Of a stretch of 54,874 bases of DNA, positions 42,802 through 53,501 are shown piece after piece. Under the pieces are notes generated by a model. That model was not told where the DNA came from, searched no databases, and saw only the letters and a list, made by a program, of their open reading frames with translations. The position numbers were made by a program, and so were the translations under genes. Where the stretch lies: positions 1 to 54,874 of the forward strand of contig JAZDMR010000023.1 in assembly GCA_043800725.1 (NCBI GenBank), read 5' to 3'. This DNA comes from a bacterium. Lineage in GTDB: Bacteria; Patescibacteriota; Patescibacteriia; HK-STAS-PATE-3. The first letter of the stretch is position 1, and each line of letters starts with the position of its first letter.

Positions 42802-43662
42802 CTATAATGCTTTAACCTGCGCTTCGTATTCCGGTAATCGATTATTTTCCGGATTAACCTCTTTTAGTTTATTAAATGTTCTAAGTGCTAAAAGTTTCTT
42901 TTTTGCTTCTATGGCTAGTTCCAGCGTACCGCTTAAAAACTTGGGATTATTGGGCATCAGCTTCAGGGCTGACTGACAGCTCTCGACAGCTTCATCATAC
43001 CTAGCCAAACCCTTAAAAGCCATACATAGATCATACCTTAAACAAGCTACTTGATTATTATACCCACCATATGTTTCAGCTTGTCCGCTACGGAATAATC
43101 GAGGACCCTTAACTCGATACTTACGAGTTCCCAGATCAATAGCATGAGTAAAAACTTCTCGGGCATGGTCATAATCTTTCATTTTCAAATAAATATCACC
43201 CAGCAACTCATAAGCATCTAAACTCTTTGGCTCTATGGCAATCACTTCAATACACCTTTGTTCGGCTTCTGTATATTTTTCCTCCTTCTCCAGCCCTCGA
43301 GCTTCTTCAAGCAACAATACCACCTTTTTCTGTGATTCGGCTCTCTGGGTAGGGCTGTTTAATTCTTGCGACTTTTTTCTATATTCTCTCTCAATCGATC
43401 GTAATTTTGCATATATTTGACGCGCAGATTGCCGTCCTTTTTGAATTTGCTTTCCAATCCGACCCAGAGTCTGTGATTGAAAATCACTAAACTTCCTTTG
43501 CAGCCTTTGCTCGATTATCACATTTCTGGTGCGAGCGTTTCGTTCACTGGTTATCGACTGGGTATTAATCGCTTTGAGTTTAGGCATTTTACGTATCAGA
43601 ATAGCAGCAATAATCCCCAGCCCGATAATAGCGATAAAAATTAGAACGAAGTCTAGAACCAT
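42802..43662 (-). CDS. membrane-anchored TPR-repeat protein
   Basis: N-terminal TM helix, a coiled/charged segment and TPR-like repeats (AYELLGDIYLKMKDYDHAREVF..). Confidence 0.65.
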   Translation of the reverse strand: MVLDFVLIFIAIIGLGIIAAILIRKMPKLKAINTQSITSERNARTRNVIIEQRLQRKFSDFQSQTLGRIGKQIQKGRQSARQIYAKLRSIEREYRKKSQELNSPTQRAESQKKVVLLLEEARGLEKEEKYTEAEQRCIEVIAIEPKSLDAYELLGDIYLKMKDYDHAREVFTHAIDLGTRKYRVKGPRLFRSGQAETYGGYNNQVACLRYDLCMAFKGLARYDEAVESCQSALKLMPNNPKFLSGTLELAIEAKKKLLALRTFNKLKEVNPENNRLPEYEAQVKAL

Positions 43663-43675
43663 TCTGGTTAATTAT

Positions 43676-44266
43676 CTACAGTTGAAATCGAATGAAATTA
43701 CCGATTTGAATATTTTCTCCAAATTTGACAACCGCCTCTGCTAAAAGCTGCTCAATGATCTTGTCTTCATCCTTGATAAATTTCTGTTTAAGCAAACAAG
43801 CTCCCTGGTAATACTTTTCCAGCTTGCCTTGGATTATTTTCTCCATAACTTGATCCGGTTTTCCTTTTACGTCGGGCGATTCTTGAGCAACTTCCTTTTC
43901 CCGATTTAATTCTTCTTCCGGTATGTCTTCGGGTTTTAAATATTGAGGATTAGCCGCCGCAACCTGCATGGCTAAATCATGAGCCAGGGCCTGGAAATCT
44001 TCTGTGCGAGCGACAAAATCAGTTTCACAGCTAATTTCAATTAACGCAGCGACTTTTTTATTCGGATGAAGATAATTGCCGATCACTCCTTCGCGAGTAG
44101 CGCGATCTTGTTTTTTCGCCGCCTTGACGAGACCCTTTTTTCTGAGCAGGTTAATGGCTTTATCCAAATCATTACCAGATTCAGCCAGAGCTTCTTTGCT
44201 TTCCAAAACACCTGCTCCGGTTTGTTCGCGAATTTTTTTTATTAATATTAGATCAATATCAGACAT
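43676..44266 (-). CDS. tsf: elongation factor Ts (short form)
   Basis: UBA-like N-terminus IKKIREQTGAGVLESKEAL and the ETDFVARTEDF core. Confidence 0.9.
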   Translation of the reverse strand: MSDIDLILIKKIREQTGAGVLESKEALAESGNDLDKAINLLRKKGLVKAAKKQDRATREGVIGNYLHPNKKVAALIEISCETDFVARTEDFQALAHDLAMQVAAANPQYLKPEDIPEEELNREKEVAQESPDVKGKPDQVMEKIIQGKLEKYYQGACLLKQKFIKDEDKIIEQLLAEAVVKFGENIQIGNFIRFQL

Positions 44267-44269
44267 TGT

Positions 44270-45058
44270 TTATTGTTTTAAAAGTTTTGATTGATTATCT
44301 TTATCAGCCTGTTCGTCTTTTTTCTTTTTAGCTCTTTCCATTTCGCTCGCCTCAGCCTGCTTGGCTGCTTCTTGGGCGATTGCTGTCCCCTGTTCTATTC
44401 CTTCAGCAATAACGCTAATAATCAAATCAATTGCCTTGGTCGCATCATCATTGGATGGGATTATGTGGGTGATCTCATCAGGATTCACGTTGGTGTCGGC
44501 AATCGCAATAATAGGGATATTCATTTTCCTGGCCTCTTTCACGGCTGTCCGCTCTTGCTTTAAGTCAACAACAAACAAAGCCGCTGGAAGTTTCTCAAGC
44601 TCAGTGATCCCACCAACTAATTCTTGTAAATTATCAATCTCTCTGTCAATCATTAATCGTTCCTTCTTGGTGTATTTTTCCAGTTCGCCACCTTCTCTTT
44701 GCGTCTTGAGCTTTTTAAACTTGGCAATTAATTTGCTAATAGTGGGAAAATTTGTAAAAGTTCCGCCAATCCAGCGATTAGAAACATAGGGCATACCCAG
44801 TTTTTTAGCTTCTCGTTCGATAATTTCCTTAGCTTGCCTTTTGGTTCCTACGAACAGAATACTGCCGCCTTCAGCACAAACCTGACTGGCAAACTTGGCG
44901 GCTGCCTCTAATTTAGACTTAGTCTTCTCCAAATCTATGATATAAATGCCGTTTCTAGCAGTAAAAATATACGGCTTCATCTTAGGATGCCACCGGCTGA
45001 CTTGATGACCAAAGTGAACTCCGGCCTTTAGTAGCTCTGCAAGGGTAATGTCTCGCAT
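44270..45058 (-). CDS. rpsB: 30S ribosomal protein S2
   Basis: LLKAGVHFGHQVSRWHPKM N-terminus, with the conserved rpsB-tsf order. Confidence 0.95.
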   Translation of the reverse strand: MRDITLAELLKAGVHFGHQVSRWHPKMKPYIFTARNGIYIIDLEKTKSKLEAAAKFASQVCAEGGSILFVGTKRQAKEIIEREAKKLGMPYVSNRWIGGTFTNFPTISKLIAKFKKLKTQREGGELEKYTKKERLMIDREIDNLQELVGGITELEKLPAALFVVDLKQERTAVKEARKMNIPIIAIADTNVNPDEITHIIPSNDDATKAIDLIISVIAEGIEQGTAIAQEAAKQAEASEMERAKKKKDEQADKDNQSKLLKQ

Positions 45059-45367
45059 AATAATATGATCCTTTCTCCCTGATTTTTTACAGGGTCCTCT
45101 ATCAGTTTCTCTATCTGGGGCCTAAAAAAGATTTTTAAGTCAGGGTCAGTTTAGAGATATATCCTAAGTTTACTAATTATTACTCGGATACTGGCTGATA
45201 TGTGTGATTTATTAATAAATAGGGCAAAAGATAACGGATCTCACTCTACCAAAATGGATCATTTTTGGCAAGGGGCTATTGATTAAGCCTTGTCAAAAGG
45301 CACAATCTCTGATAAGCTCAGTCCGCCTCCATTGAGTTTTTTTATTCAAAACAAGCCATTAAGAAGC

Positions 45368-45616
45368 ATGAAAAAAGATCTCCATCCTAAATATCACAAT
45401 AAAGTCCAAGTTACCTGCGCCTGCGGAAATACTTTCACCACCGGCTCGACCTCTTCCGAGTTGAGAGTTGAGATATGTTCCGCTTGCCATCCTTTTTATA
45501 CCGGAAAACAGAAACTTATTGACACGGCTCGGCGAATCGACCGCTTTAAAAAGATTATGGATAAAAAGCAGACGGTTGTTTCCAAGAAAAAGGGGCAAGT
45601 AAAAGCTAAATCATAA
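45368..45616 (+). CDS. rpmE: 50S ribosomal protein L31
   Basis: [10 protein letters not shown]..Cx[11 protein letters not shown]. The start is set at the internal ATG of track ORF 45290-45616. Confidence 0.9.
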   Translation: MKKDLHPKYHNKVQVTCACGNTFTTGSTSSELRVEICSACHPFYTGKQKLIDTARRIDRFKKIMDKKQTVVSKKKGQVKAKS

Positions 45617-45647
45617 TTTTAATTATTTGATCAGGGGCGAGAAGTCT

Positions 45648-46712
45648 ATGGACGACAAGCTCAGCGTTATTGTTGAACGCTTTAAAAATATTGAACAGGA
45701 ACTTCAAAATCCGGCCGTGGCTCAGAATCCGGATAAGCTTAAAGTATTATCAAAAGAATATACTGACCTAAAAGAAACAATTGACCTGGCCAATAGCTTA
45801 GAGAAAATTAAGCGGTCTATTCAAGAAACTGAACAAACTCTGAAAGATGAAACCGACGATGATATTAAAAAATTAGCCGTAGAGGAATTGGTAATACTTA
45901 ATGGTCAAGCAGATACAATTAAAACTAGTTTAACTAATAAGCTTGAACCCTCCGATCCGCTGGATGCCAAAGATATTATAATCGAAATCAGAGCAGGGGC
46001 TGGCGGAGATGAATCCGCCCTTTTTGCTGCGGAGCTGTTTAGAGCTTATAGTCAATACGCTGAATCACGGGGTTGGAAAATAAAACTTATATCGACAAAT
46101 CGAATCGGCATTGGCGGATATAAAGAAGTTATTTTCGAAATAACTGGTCAACAAGTTTATAAACATCTAAAACATGAAGGCGGCGTACACAGAGTCCAGC
46201 GAGTACCTGAAACAGAAAAAAGCGGCCGAGTGCACACCTCAACCGTGACAGTTGCGGTACTGCCAGAAGCTGAGGAGGCCGACTTAGAAATCAAACCGGA
46301 TGAGGTAAAAATTGAAGTTACCACTTCGGGCGGACATGGCGGTCAAAGTGTGAACACAACCTACTCAGCCGTTCGTCTCCATCACCTCCCCAGCGGTATT
46401 ATTGTGTCATGCCAAGATGAGCGCTCCCAAAAGCAAAATAAGGAAAAAGCCTTTCAGGTATTGCGAGCTCGCTTATTCGCAATTGAACAATCACGAAAAC
46501 AGAAAGAAGCCTCCAGTAACCGACTCAATCAAATCGGCACCGGGGACCGTTCAGAAAAAATCCGCACTTATAATTTTCCTCAGGACCGGCTGACTGATCA
46601 TCGCTTAAATCAAAACTTTTCCAACCTGAAAGCAATTATGGATGGACAGCTTGAGCCGCTAATTCAGGCGCTAGAAAACCAGCATGCCTCAAACAATCCA
46701 GCAGGCTCTTAA
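45648..46712 (+). CDS. prfA: peptide chain release factor 1
   Basis: PxT-type tripeptide (PET) in RVQRVPETE and a GGQ motif ([10 protein letters not shown]). The ATG is at 45648. Confidence 0.9.
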   Translation: MDDKLSVIVERFKNIEQELQNPAVAQNPDKLKVLSKEYTDLKETIDLANSLEKIKRSIQETEQTLKDETDDDIKKLAVEELVILNGQADTIKTSLTNKLEPSDPLDAKDIIIEIRAGAGGDESALFAAELFRAYSQYAESRGWKIKLISTNRIGIGGYKEVIFEITGQQVYKHLKHEGGVHRVQRVPETEKSGRVHTSTVTVAVLPEAEEADLEIKPDEVKIEVTTSGGHGGQSVNTTYSAVRLHHLPSGIIVSCQDERSQKQNKEKAFQVLRARLFAIEQSRKQKEASSNRLNQIGTGDRSEKIRTYNFPQDRLTDHRLNQNFSNLKAIMDGQLEPLIQALENQHASNNPAGS

Positions 46713-47571
46713 TCGGGCAACGGCCCAGATTAAAATAAATTCCAGCCAAGCGCGCCTAGAGGCGGAAGGCCTTTTGGGTTATGTGATAAATCAAAATCGC
46801 GCTTTTTTGCATGCACACCCACAAAAACAAATTACCAATAATCAATTATCAAATTACAAAAAGATAATCAAGCAGCGAACTAAAGGACAGCCGATCGCTT
46901 ATCTGACCGGCCAACAAGAGTTTTATGGTCTTGTTTTTTTAACTAAGCCGGGTGTTTTAATACCCCGTCCCGAATCTGAGCAGCTGATCGACCTAGCGCT
47001 TGAACTAATTCCAATAAATTCTCGATGGACAATTGCCGATATCGGCACCGGCTCAGGCTGTCTGGCAATTACCTTGGCCACTCTACGGCCGAACTGCACT
47101 TTTTTAGCAATTGATAAATCAACAAAAGCTTTAACTATTGCCAAATTGAACTTACGCAAACATAGGCTATTTCGAAAGATAAAAGTTATTCCTGGCAATC
47201 TACTCGCTCCCCTGTTGAATGAAACACTTAGCATGATAATTGCTAACCTGCCTTACGGCACTCCAATAGAAATAGCGAACGAACCAACCATAAAATATGA
47301 ACCCCGAATGGCAATTAGTGGCGGACCAGACGGCTTAAATCCTTATCGTGTTTTTCTGAAGCAGCTAAAACAACGCACTGATTATCCAATAGTCATTTTG
47401 GAAATCGACCCCCGAAGAAAGGCTAAACTCGGCCAACTAATAAAAACCCTCCAGCCCGGTTATCGGGTAACCTGGAAAAAAGACTTGAATGGCCGCTGGC
47501 GCTTTGCGATTCTTCAACCAATACTTTTTAAAAAAACTACTGATAGGGAAACTCCCGCCCTTCAGGAATAA
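46684..47571 (+). CDS. prmC: release-factor glutamine N5-methyltransferase
   Basis: [14 protein letters not shown] motif and the NLPY variant of the NPPY motif. It overlaps the end of prfA. Confidence 0.8.
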   Translation: MPQTIQQALNRATAQIKINSSQARLEAEGLLGYVINQNRAFLHAHPQKQITNNQLSNYKKIIKQRTKGQPIAYLTGQQEFYGLVFLTKPGVLIPRPESEQLIDLALELIPINSRWTIADIGTGSGCLAITLATLRPNCTFLAIDKSTKALTIAKLNLRKHRLFRKIKVIPGNLLAPLLNETLSMIIANLPYGTPIEIANEPTIKYEPRMAISGGPDGLNPYRVFLKQLKQRTDYPIVILEIDPRRKAKLGQLIKTLQPGYRVTWKKDLNGRWRFAILQPILFKKTTDRETPALQE

Positions 47572-48685
47572 CCTCGACCCAAGTCTGGCCTCGATTTAAT
47601 TTCATTTCCGTTCCGTCTTCGGCAATAAATTTGGTTCTTTCTACTCTTAACGGCTTCTCCCAAGTTCCGGGAATCACCAAGCCGTCCCGAAATAGAAAAG
47701 CCTTGCCCTCTCCGGTTACATTCAGAACAATACGGCCTTTTTCCAAATAAGTTACAATCGGAGGCACAACTTGTACGATCACGTTCTTGGCCGCAATCTG
47801 CTCTTCGGTCGTACGATCTAAGTGCGGATCAGTGCCATTAAAACGAAGATAAGCGTTATTTTCTTTGTTATATTCGTAGCGGACATTATACGTGCCGGCC
47901 GAGTAATGCAGCTCCAGCCAATTAAAATCCCCGCGTCCGTCCAGAGCATCCTCGTCTTTAAACCGCCAAGTATCATATTCCGGTTTAACTTGTTCATATC
48001 CCAAATCTCTAATAGCATAGGCCAGCTTTTCATTATCAGTAAATAAATTATGGGGCGCGTATCCGGTATTATCGCGATAGCAATACCGTCCCCCGCTACC
48101 AATGCAGTTGACTGCCCTCAGATCAAAAGCGGAAATGGTTTGCAGGGCTTCAGGGCTGCCCCCCGCATGAACATACATGCCATCATATTCTGAAAGCCAC
48201 TCAAGATAATAAGGCCGAGCGCTGCGCACCGGGCCTATCCGGCCAGGCTGAACATCAGAACTGAATACGGCCATTAATCGAGTAGCCCCGCCCTCAACTA
48301 GGGTGTTGTAAACAACTGATGCCTGAGCCAATCCTGCTTGGGGCCTGGCTGCCGGATTATTATCCAGCATCACGGCATAGACGAATAAATTGGCCGCAGC
48401 CGGATCTACGATTATTCCATCCAAAGCTCGAGGCAGCTCTGTCGGCTCCGGTTCAGTTTGAAAAGTCGTATCGATATTTACTGCCTGATTAGCGCTCGCC
48501 TGATTAGCAGTATTTTTGTCAGCGGCTTTGGGCTGGGCGAATAAAATCAATCCGCCCCATAACAAAGAACCCGCCACCACCACAGCCCCGGCAACAATTA
48601 AATAAAGCGTTTTCCGTTTTTTTGGGAAATGGAAGCGTTCGTGAAAATTCGTCGGTTCATGGTGTTTTTGTTTTTTATTTTTCAC
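47537..48685 (-). CDS. DUF3048-family secreted/anchored protein
   Basis: N-terminal TM helix, plus GPVRSARPYY and YVHAGGSPEAL blocks. Confidence 0.7.
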   Translation of the reverse strand: MKNKKQKHHEPTNFHERFHFPKKRKTLYLIVAGAVVVAGSLLWGGLILFAQPKAADKNTANQASANQAVNIDTTFQTEPEPTELPRALDGIIVDPAAANLFVYAVMLDNNPAARPQAGLAQASVVYNTLVEGGATRLMAVFSSDVQPGRIGPVRSARPYYLEWLSEYDGMYVHAGGSPEALQTISAFDLRAVNCIGSGGRYCYRDNTGYAPHNLFTDNEKLAYAIRDLGYEQVKPEYDTWRFKDEDALDGRGDFNWLELHYSAGTYNVRYEYNKENNAYLRFNGTDPHLDRTTEEQIAAKNVIVQVVPPIVTYLEKGRIVLNVTGEGKAFLFRDGLVIPGTWEKPLRVERTKFIAEDGTEMKLNRGQTWVEVIPEGREFPYQ

Positions 48686-48700
48686 ATGTTCCCCTGAATA

Positions 48701-49780
48701 TTAATAAGTCACCTCTCGATCAGTAGGCACAACTTGAACCCAGGTTTGTCCCGCATTGAATACAATTTCCTTGCCAGCTGAATCGCTAAAAATAGTTCGT
48801 TTTGATGTTGAATCTTTTTCCCAGGTTGCCTCAATCGCTTGACCGTCAAGAAAAATAATCGCTTGGCCTGAGCCGACTGTTTCCATGGCTAAACGGCTAG
48901 CGTCAGCCAGGCTGGTTTTGACATATTGAACCACGACATTCTTCGGGCTGATTTGCACATTGGTCTTATCCAAAATTACGTGCGGATCATCAGCTTGAAA
49001 TCTCAGATAAACGTTGTTTTCGCGGTCATACTGATAAACCACCTGATAGCTCTGACTTGAATAATTGATAACTATCGGATCAATGCCTGACGGCCGTTCG
49101 CTTAAAGGCGCTTCGTCTTTAAATTTCCAGGGCGTAAAACTTCCTTCCTGAGGAGCCTCTTTATCCCGAAGGGCAAAGATCAGGAATTTTGAGGCGGTAA
49201 AGAGATTGTGTTCACGAGCTCGTGGCAGATCCTTCCTCCAGAAATATTGCTGATTATAAAACTGATCAAAATCAAACACATCTTTGGATCGGATATCGCC
49301 CAGAGCCTGCGGACTGCCGCCGACATGAACATACATAGCCCCAAGTTCATTGGCCCAGTCTACGTAATAAGGCCGAGCCGAACGGACTGGTCCAATGTTT
49401 TCAATCTGATCAGTCATCGCAAAAACTGCCATAAATCTGGTAATACCGCCTTCAACCAAAGCTTCATATACTATGCTAGCCTGATCAAGCCCGCCTTGAG
49501 GGCGAATCGAAGATAAATTTTCAATCATAACAGCGACTGGATGCAAATTTTCATTATTTGGGTGATCCAGCACGCCATCAATTAATCGCCTGACTAGCGT
49601 TTGATCCGACTGTCCGCTATTAGCCGTGTTTTTATTGGCAGAATCGCCTGAACTTTGGGTAATTAAATACCCTGTCAATGCAACCGCTGCTAACAATACG
49701 ACAACCAGAGTAATAATAACCGGCTTGCGCTGGAAATATTTTTTTAGTTTTGATTGAATGACTTGTTCTTCTTCAGGCAT
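48701..49780 (-). CDS. DUF3048-family secreted/anchored protein (paralog)
   Basis: Carries the same blocks (GPVRSARPYY, YVHVGGSPQAL) as the adjacent gene. Confidence 0.7.
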   Translation of the reverse strand: MPEEEQVIQSKLKKYFQRKPVIITLVVVLLAAVALTGYLITQSSGDSANKNTANSGQSDQTLVRRLIDGVLDHPNNENLHPVAVMIENLSSIRPQGGLDQASIVYEALVEGGITRFMAVFAMTDQIENIGPVRSARPYYVDWANELGAMYVHVGGSPQALGDIRSKDVFDFDQFYNQQYFWRKDLPRAREHNLFTASKFLIFALRDKEAPQEGSFTPWKFKDEAPLSERPSGIDPIVINYSSQSYQVVYQYDRENNVYLRFQADDPHVILDKTNVQISPKNVVVQYVKTSLADASRLAMETVGSGQAIIFLDGQAIEATWEKDSTSKRTIFSDSAGKEIVFNAGQTWVQVVPTDREVTY

Positions 49781-49826
49781 AATTTTGAATTACTTATTAG
49801 TAATTGCCAATTAATAAATATCTGGG

Positions 49827-50543
49827 TTATTTATCGGAATCTTTTTTATCTTCAGCTTTCTTTTCCACGGGCGCTTCCTCGGTTTTCCCGCCTTCTTCTG
49901 TTTCTGCTTCCTCTTTCTGTTTGATGCTTTCTACTTTCCCAACATCTTCAACTACATCTGTATCCAAAGCTTTCAGCTCTTCCTCCGTACGCGGAGGTGT
50001 AACAGTGGCCACCATGATCTCTGGTTTGTCTAATATGGTAATACCCTTGGGGACAATTATATCCTGGATTCTAATTTTGTCGTCAAAGGTCTTTAATACG
50101 CTTAAATCAACTGGGACATCATGAACTAAGTCTGTGGGTAAACACTCAACCTGCACCGATTCCAGGCTAGTCACCAAAATGCCTCCTTGCTCGGCAACTA
50201 CCGGGGACTGCCCTTCAAACTTCAAATGAATTTCAGCGGAAATGGTCTTGGCCATATCCACTTTTTGAAAATCAATGTGCAGAATTTCATCGGTAACAGG
50301 ATGCAGCTGGACATCTTGTATCAAAACCTTTAAAGCTTCTTGACCGTCGATTTTTAAATCAACCAGGCTCGATTCACCAGCCTGCTGATATAGTTTTCTA
50401 AATTCTTTTGCGTCTAATTCGAGCATCTGAGGAGAGATGTCTCCTCCATAGACAATTGCCGGAATCTTGTTTTCTTTTCTTATTTTTTTGTTAAGTTTCC
50501 CCTTGAGCTCTCTTCGCTGAGCAGTTAAATCAAATTTGTCCAT
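49827..50543 (-). CDS. rplY: 50S ribosomal protein L25/Ctc
   Basis: RRELKGK..IPAIVYGG N-terminus and an acidic C-terminal tail. Confidence 0.85.
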   Translation of the reverse strand: MDKFDLTAQRRELKGKLNKKIRKENKIPAIVYGGDISPQMLELDAKEFRKLYQQAGESSLVDLKIDGQEALKVLIQDVQLHPVTDEILHIDFQKVDMAKTISAEIHLKFEGQSPVVAEQGGILVTSLESVQVECLPTDLVHDVPVDLSVLKTFDDKIRIQDIIVPKGITILDKPEIMVATVTPPRTEEELKALDTDVVEDVGKVESIKQKEEAETEEGGKTEEAPVEKKAEDKKDSDK

Positions 50544-50921
50544 TTATTTATTCTTCTGAATTACTTGATGATTAATATATTTTGATAAAAGATTTTTTTG
50601 AAGCCATTGATGCAGGTTAATCAAATCGTCGGTATCTACCCGTTCACTTAAACTAAATCGCATGACATCTTCCGGGGTACAGTCGGTTAATAGTCCTACT
50701 GAGCTAACACCCAACATGTTGATCATGATTATTGCTAGTACAGCGCAGCCGCATTTTGTGCATTCTAGATGAATTAAATGAGCTTCCTCATTTTGAACCA
50801 ATACCCTGGCAGCTGAAGGGTAATAAAATGATTGGCAAATCGGGCAGTGGGAAATTACTTGATGATTCCCCCTGCTTCGGCCTTTGAATGCGTTATCTGA
50901 TAAGGGAATGGCAAAGGCCAT
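50544..50921 (-). CDS. Cys-rich hypothetical protein (two CxxC pairs)
   Basis: CPICQS..CTKCGC suggests a zinc ribbon; 125 aa. Confidence 0.45.
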   Translation of the reverse strand: MAFAIPLSDNAFKGRSRGNHQVISHCPICQSFYYPSAARVLVQNEEAHLIHLECTKCGCAVLAIIMINMLGVSSVGLLTDCTPEDVMRFSLSERVDTDDLINLHQWLQKNLLSKYINHQVIQKNK

Positions 50922-51026
50922 ATAAATAGAACTTTATAATTAATCAGTTTACGTGTTTATAGAAATGATTAATTTATGGTTATAGTATATCAGAATTTTC
51001 GTATTAGTCAAGCAAAATCAGCCTTT

Positions 51027-52139
51027 TTATTTATTTAACCGATATTGACGGATTAAAAAACTCTGAGCAATACCAATTAGGGCAAAATTAGAAATTATGG
51101 CGCTTCCACCATGGCTGACAAAAGGCAAGGGAATGCCGGTGATGGGTAATAATCCTAAATTCATGCCTATATTAACTGACATTTGAATAAATAACATCAT
51201 TAATATCGCGCTTAATAGTAACGTTGCATATGTGTCATTTGAAATCCTAATTGCTCTGTATAATCTGGCAAATATCAAGATAAATAAGCCCAAAATTAAG
51301 CAGGTACCTAAAAACCCCAACTCCTCGGCAATCACTGCAAAAATAAAATCAGTTGACTGTTCAGGTAAAAAATTCAACTGGCTCTGGGGGCCCAAGCCTA
51401 ACCCGCGGCCAAAAAGCTGTCCTGAACCAATAGCCACAATTGATTGAGTAACATTGTAGCTCCTCCCCAGCTGGTCATTGCTAGGATTTAAATAAGCAAT
51501 AAAGCGATCTTTCTGATAATCTTCAAGAATATAAAACCAGGAAACCGCGCTGACTGCTATTAATAAAACAATTACCAAGCCGACTTGCCAGCGCGGTATT
51601 TTTAAAAACAGGATGAAAATAAGCCAAATAGCGGCTAAGACGGCAGCATAGCCAAATTCAGGCTGCAATATCAGCAGAACTATAAAAATCATCGTTAATA
51701 ATCCAGAGACAACAATAGTGCGGAGAGTGCTGTCAGACTGCATTCTGGTAGTAAAATATCTGGCTAAAAACAAAAGATAAAAAATTCTGACAAATTCAAT
51801 CGGCTGGAAAGACTGTCCAAAAATTACAAACCACCCTTTGGTGCCCCGAATAGTCTCTCCAAATAAAAGCACTCCCAAAAGCAGTACTACTCCCAAAAAA
51901 AACGACAGCCAGCCAGATGACCACCACAGACGATAATCGAATTGGGCGCAAACCAAGAGAATAATTATTCCTATGACGGCAAAAATTATTTGTCTTGTCA
52001 GCTGGGTATAATCAGGATCATCAACATTAATTGTCACGCTATAGAGTGCTGACAAGCCTAAGGCTGCCAATAAGAAAGTGGCAATGAATAGAGACCAATC
52101 AAGGCGCTTAAGCGCCCCTATTAATGTGTGATTTTCCAT
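51027..52139 (-). CDS. rodA: SEDS-family peptidoglycan polymerase (RodA/FtsW)
   Basis: 10-TM layout with QLGRSYNVTQS, PEQSTDFIF and PFVSHGGSA motifs. Confidence 0.85.
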   Translation of the reverse strand: MENHTLIGALKRLDWSLFIATFLLAALGLSALYSVTINVDDPDYTQLTRQIIFAVIGIIILLVCAQFDYRLWWSSGWLSFFLGVVLLLGVLLFGETIRGTKGWFVIFGQSFQPIEFVRIFYLLFLARYFTTRMQSDSTLRTIVVSGLLTMIFIVLLILQPEFGYAAVLAAIWLIFILFLKIPRWQVGLVIVLLIAVSAVSWFYILEDYQKDRFIAYLNPSNDQLGRSYNVTQSIVAIGSGQLFGRGLGLGPQSQLNFLPEQSTDFIFAVIAEELGFLGTCLILGLFILIFARLYRAIRISNDTYATLLLSAILMMLFIQMSVNIGMNLGLLPITGIPLPFVSHGGSAIISNFALIGIAQSFLIRQYRLNK

Positions 52140-52152
52140 GTCTGTCTGGTAT

Positions 52153-53016
52153 TTATCTCAAATTCATATAATTACTATCGTCAAAAATGTCAACCACCGG
52201 CTGAACTATTATTTCTAGCGGGCTTGGAAGAGCATCAAACCACTGAGCATTAATGCTTTGGGTTTCTCCTGCGATAAACTGCCTTAACAGTATCTGTTTT
52301 AGGGCTACGGGCTGATTCCCTTTCAATAGAATTATTTGAATATCAACTGACCAATAGCCAAAAAGTGATCGGTTGGAAATTTGTCCTGTTACTCGCGAAA
52401 AGGTTTGACTACTGTTGGGCACTACCACATTAGACTCATAAACCACATCACTGACATCAAACTGAAAATTATTAAGCTTCACCCGATCTAAAATCCTTTG
52501 CCAGGAGATATTTTCAAGAACCAGCTCGGCCTGATCAGTATTAGACGTGGGGGTAATCGACTGTCCGGCCAGTATCAAGTATAAGCTCTGGCCCGGTAAA
52601 ATCTTGATCTCTTCTGAATCAGAGCTCTCGCCCGATAAATTAAAATGATAGGTAATTTTGGCCCACCAATCAGAATTTGGATTACTCACCAGGGAGATAA
52701 AATCAGTCTTGCCAGAAGAATTGACTAAATAATTGGAATTGAGAATTTCCAGGTCTTGCACGCTTACTTCGCGTACTGCCTGCGGGGGAGATAAAGCAAC
52801 GGCCGATTTTACTATTTGTCTGTCATATTTGCCGGCTAAAGCAAAAAAGAACAGCAAACTGACAATACTGTAAACAACTAGTCCAGTATCAGCTATTAAT
52901 ATTGCCAAAACCCACCATTTCCTCAACTGGAATTTATGGGCTAAATACCATTCATGTAACCTTAGGGTTAAATCTCGGGTTATTGCTTTATGGCCGGGGT
53001 TGTTGTATTCGCTCAT
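52153..53016 (-). CDS. membrane-anchored hypothetical protein
   Basis: 287 aa with one TM helix near the N-terminus. Confidence 0.5.
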   Translation of the reverse strand: MSEYNNPGHKAITRDLTLRLHEWYLAHKFQLRKWWVLAILIADTGLVVYSIVSLLFFFALAGKYDRQIVKSAVALSPPQAVREVSVQDLEILNSNYLVNSSGKTDFISLVSNPNSDWWAKITYHFNLSGESSDSEEIKILPGQSLYLILAGQSITPTSNTDQAELVLENISWQRILDRVKLNNFQFDVSDVVYESNVVVPNSSQTFSRVTGQISNRSLFGYWSVDIQIILLKGNQPVALKQILLRQFIAGETQSINAQWFDALPSPLEIIVQPVVDIFDDSNYMNLR

Positions 53017-53165
53017 ATCAATATAAAGCTATCTTAGCAAACCAAGCCATCTCAAGCCAGTAACAGACTGTACGTAATTCCAATTTATGCTATAGTGAGC
53101 CTGTTGAATTATTAACTATCCACTGTCGGAATTCGCCGGCAAGTGATCCTAAGGAACAGGTTAAA

Positions 53166-53474
53166 ATGTACTTCAATACAAGCCAAGATCTTCTTTTCTT
53201 CATCCTAGCAGTTGCCGTGGCTGTGATTTCGGTTTTTCTGGTCTGGGGACTTTACTATATGGTTATGATTCTAAAAAAAGCCTATCACGCTGTTCAAGAG
53301 GTTGAGGAAAAGCTAGCCTCCCTCGACGCACTATTTACCACGGTCAAAGAGCACTTGATGACTTCTAGCGAATCACTGAAAATCATGGCCACTGTTGTGG
53401 CCAAACTGATTAAGGTTTTCCAGCAGAAAAAAGAAAAAAAGCAAACAGACAAGAAGACAAATAAAGTAGAGTAA
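53166..53474 (+). CDS. small single-TM protein with a coiled C-terminus
   Basis: 102-aa ORF. Confidence 0.45.
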   Translation: MYFNTSQDLLFFILAVAVAVISVFLVWGLYYMVMILKKAYHAVQEVEEKLASLDALFTTVKEHLMTSSESLKIMATVVAKLIKVFQQKKEKKQTDKKTNKVE

Positions 53475-53501
53475 TCAATTAATCAAACCACCTCTGCTTT
53501 C

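Noticed and set aside
2195-50124. Numerous 60-140-aa track ORFs antisense to or nested in long genes, for example 2195-2413, 3253-3588, 5891-6088, 9063-9350, 23607-23900, 30324-30782, 38362-39312, 44361-44789 and 49804-50124.
   Set aside because: Each lies wholly inside a well-supported longer gene on the opposite strand or in another frame. They lack an RBS and have low-complexity composition.
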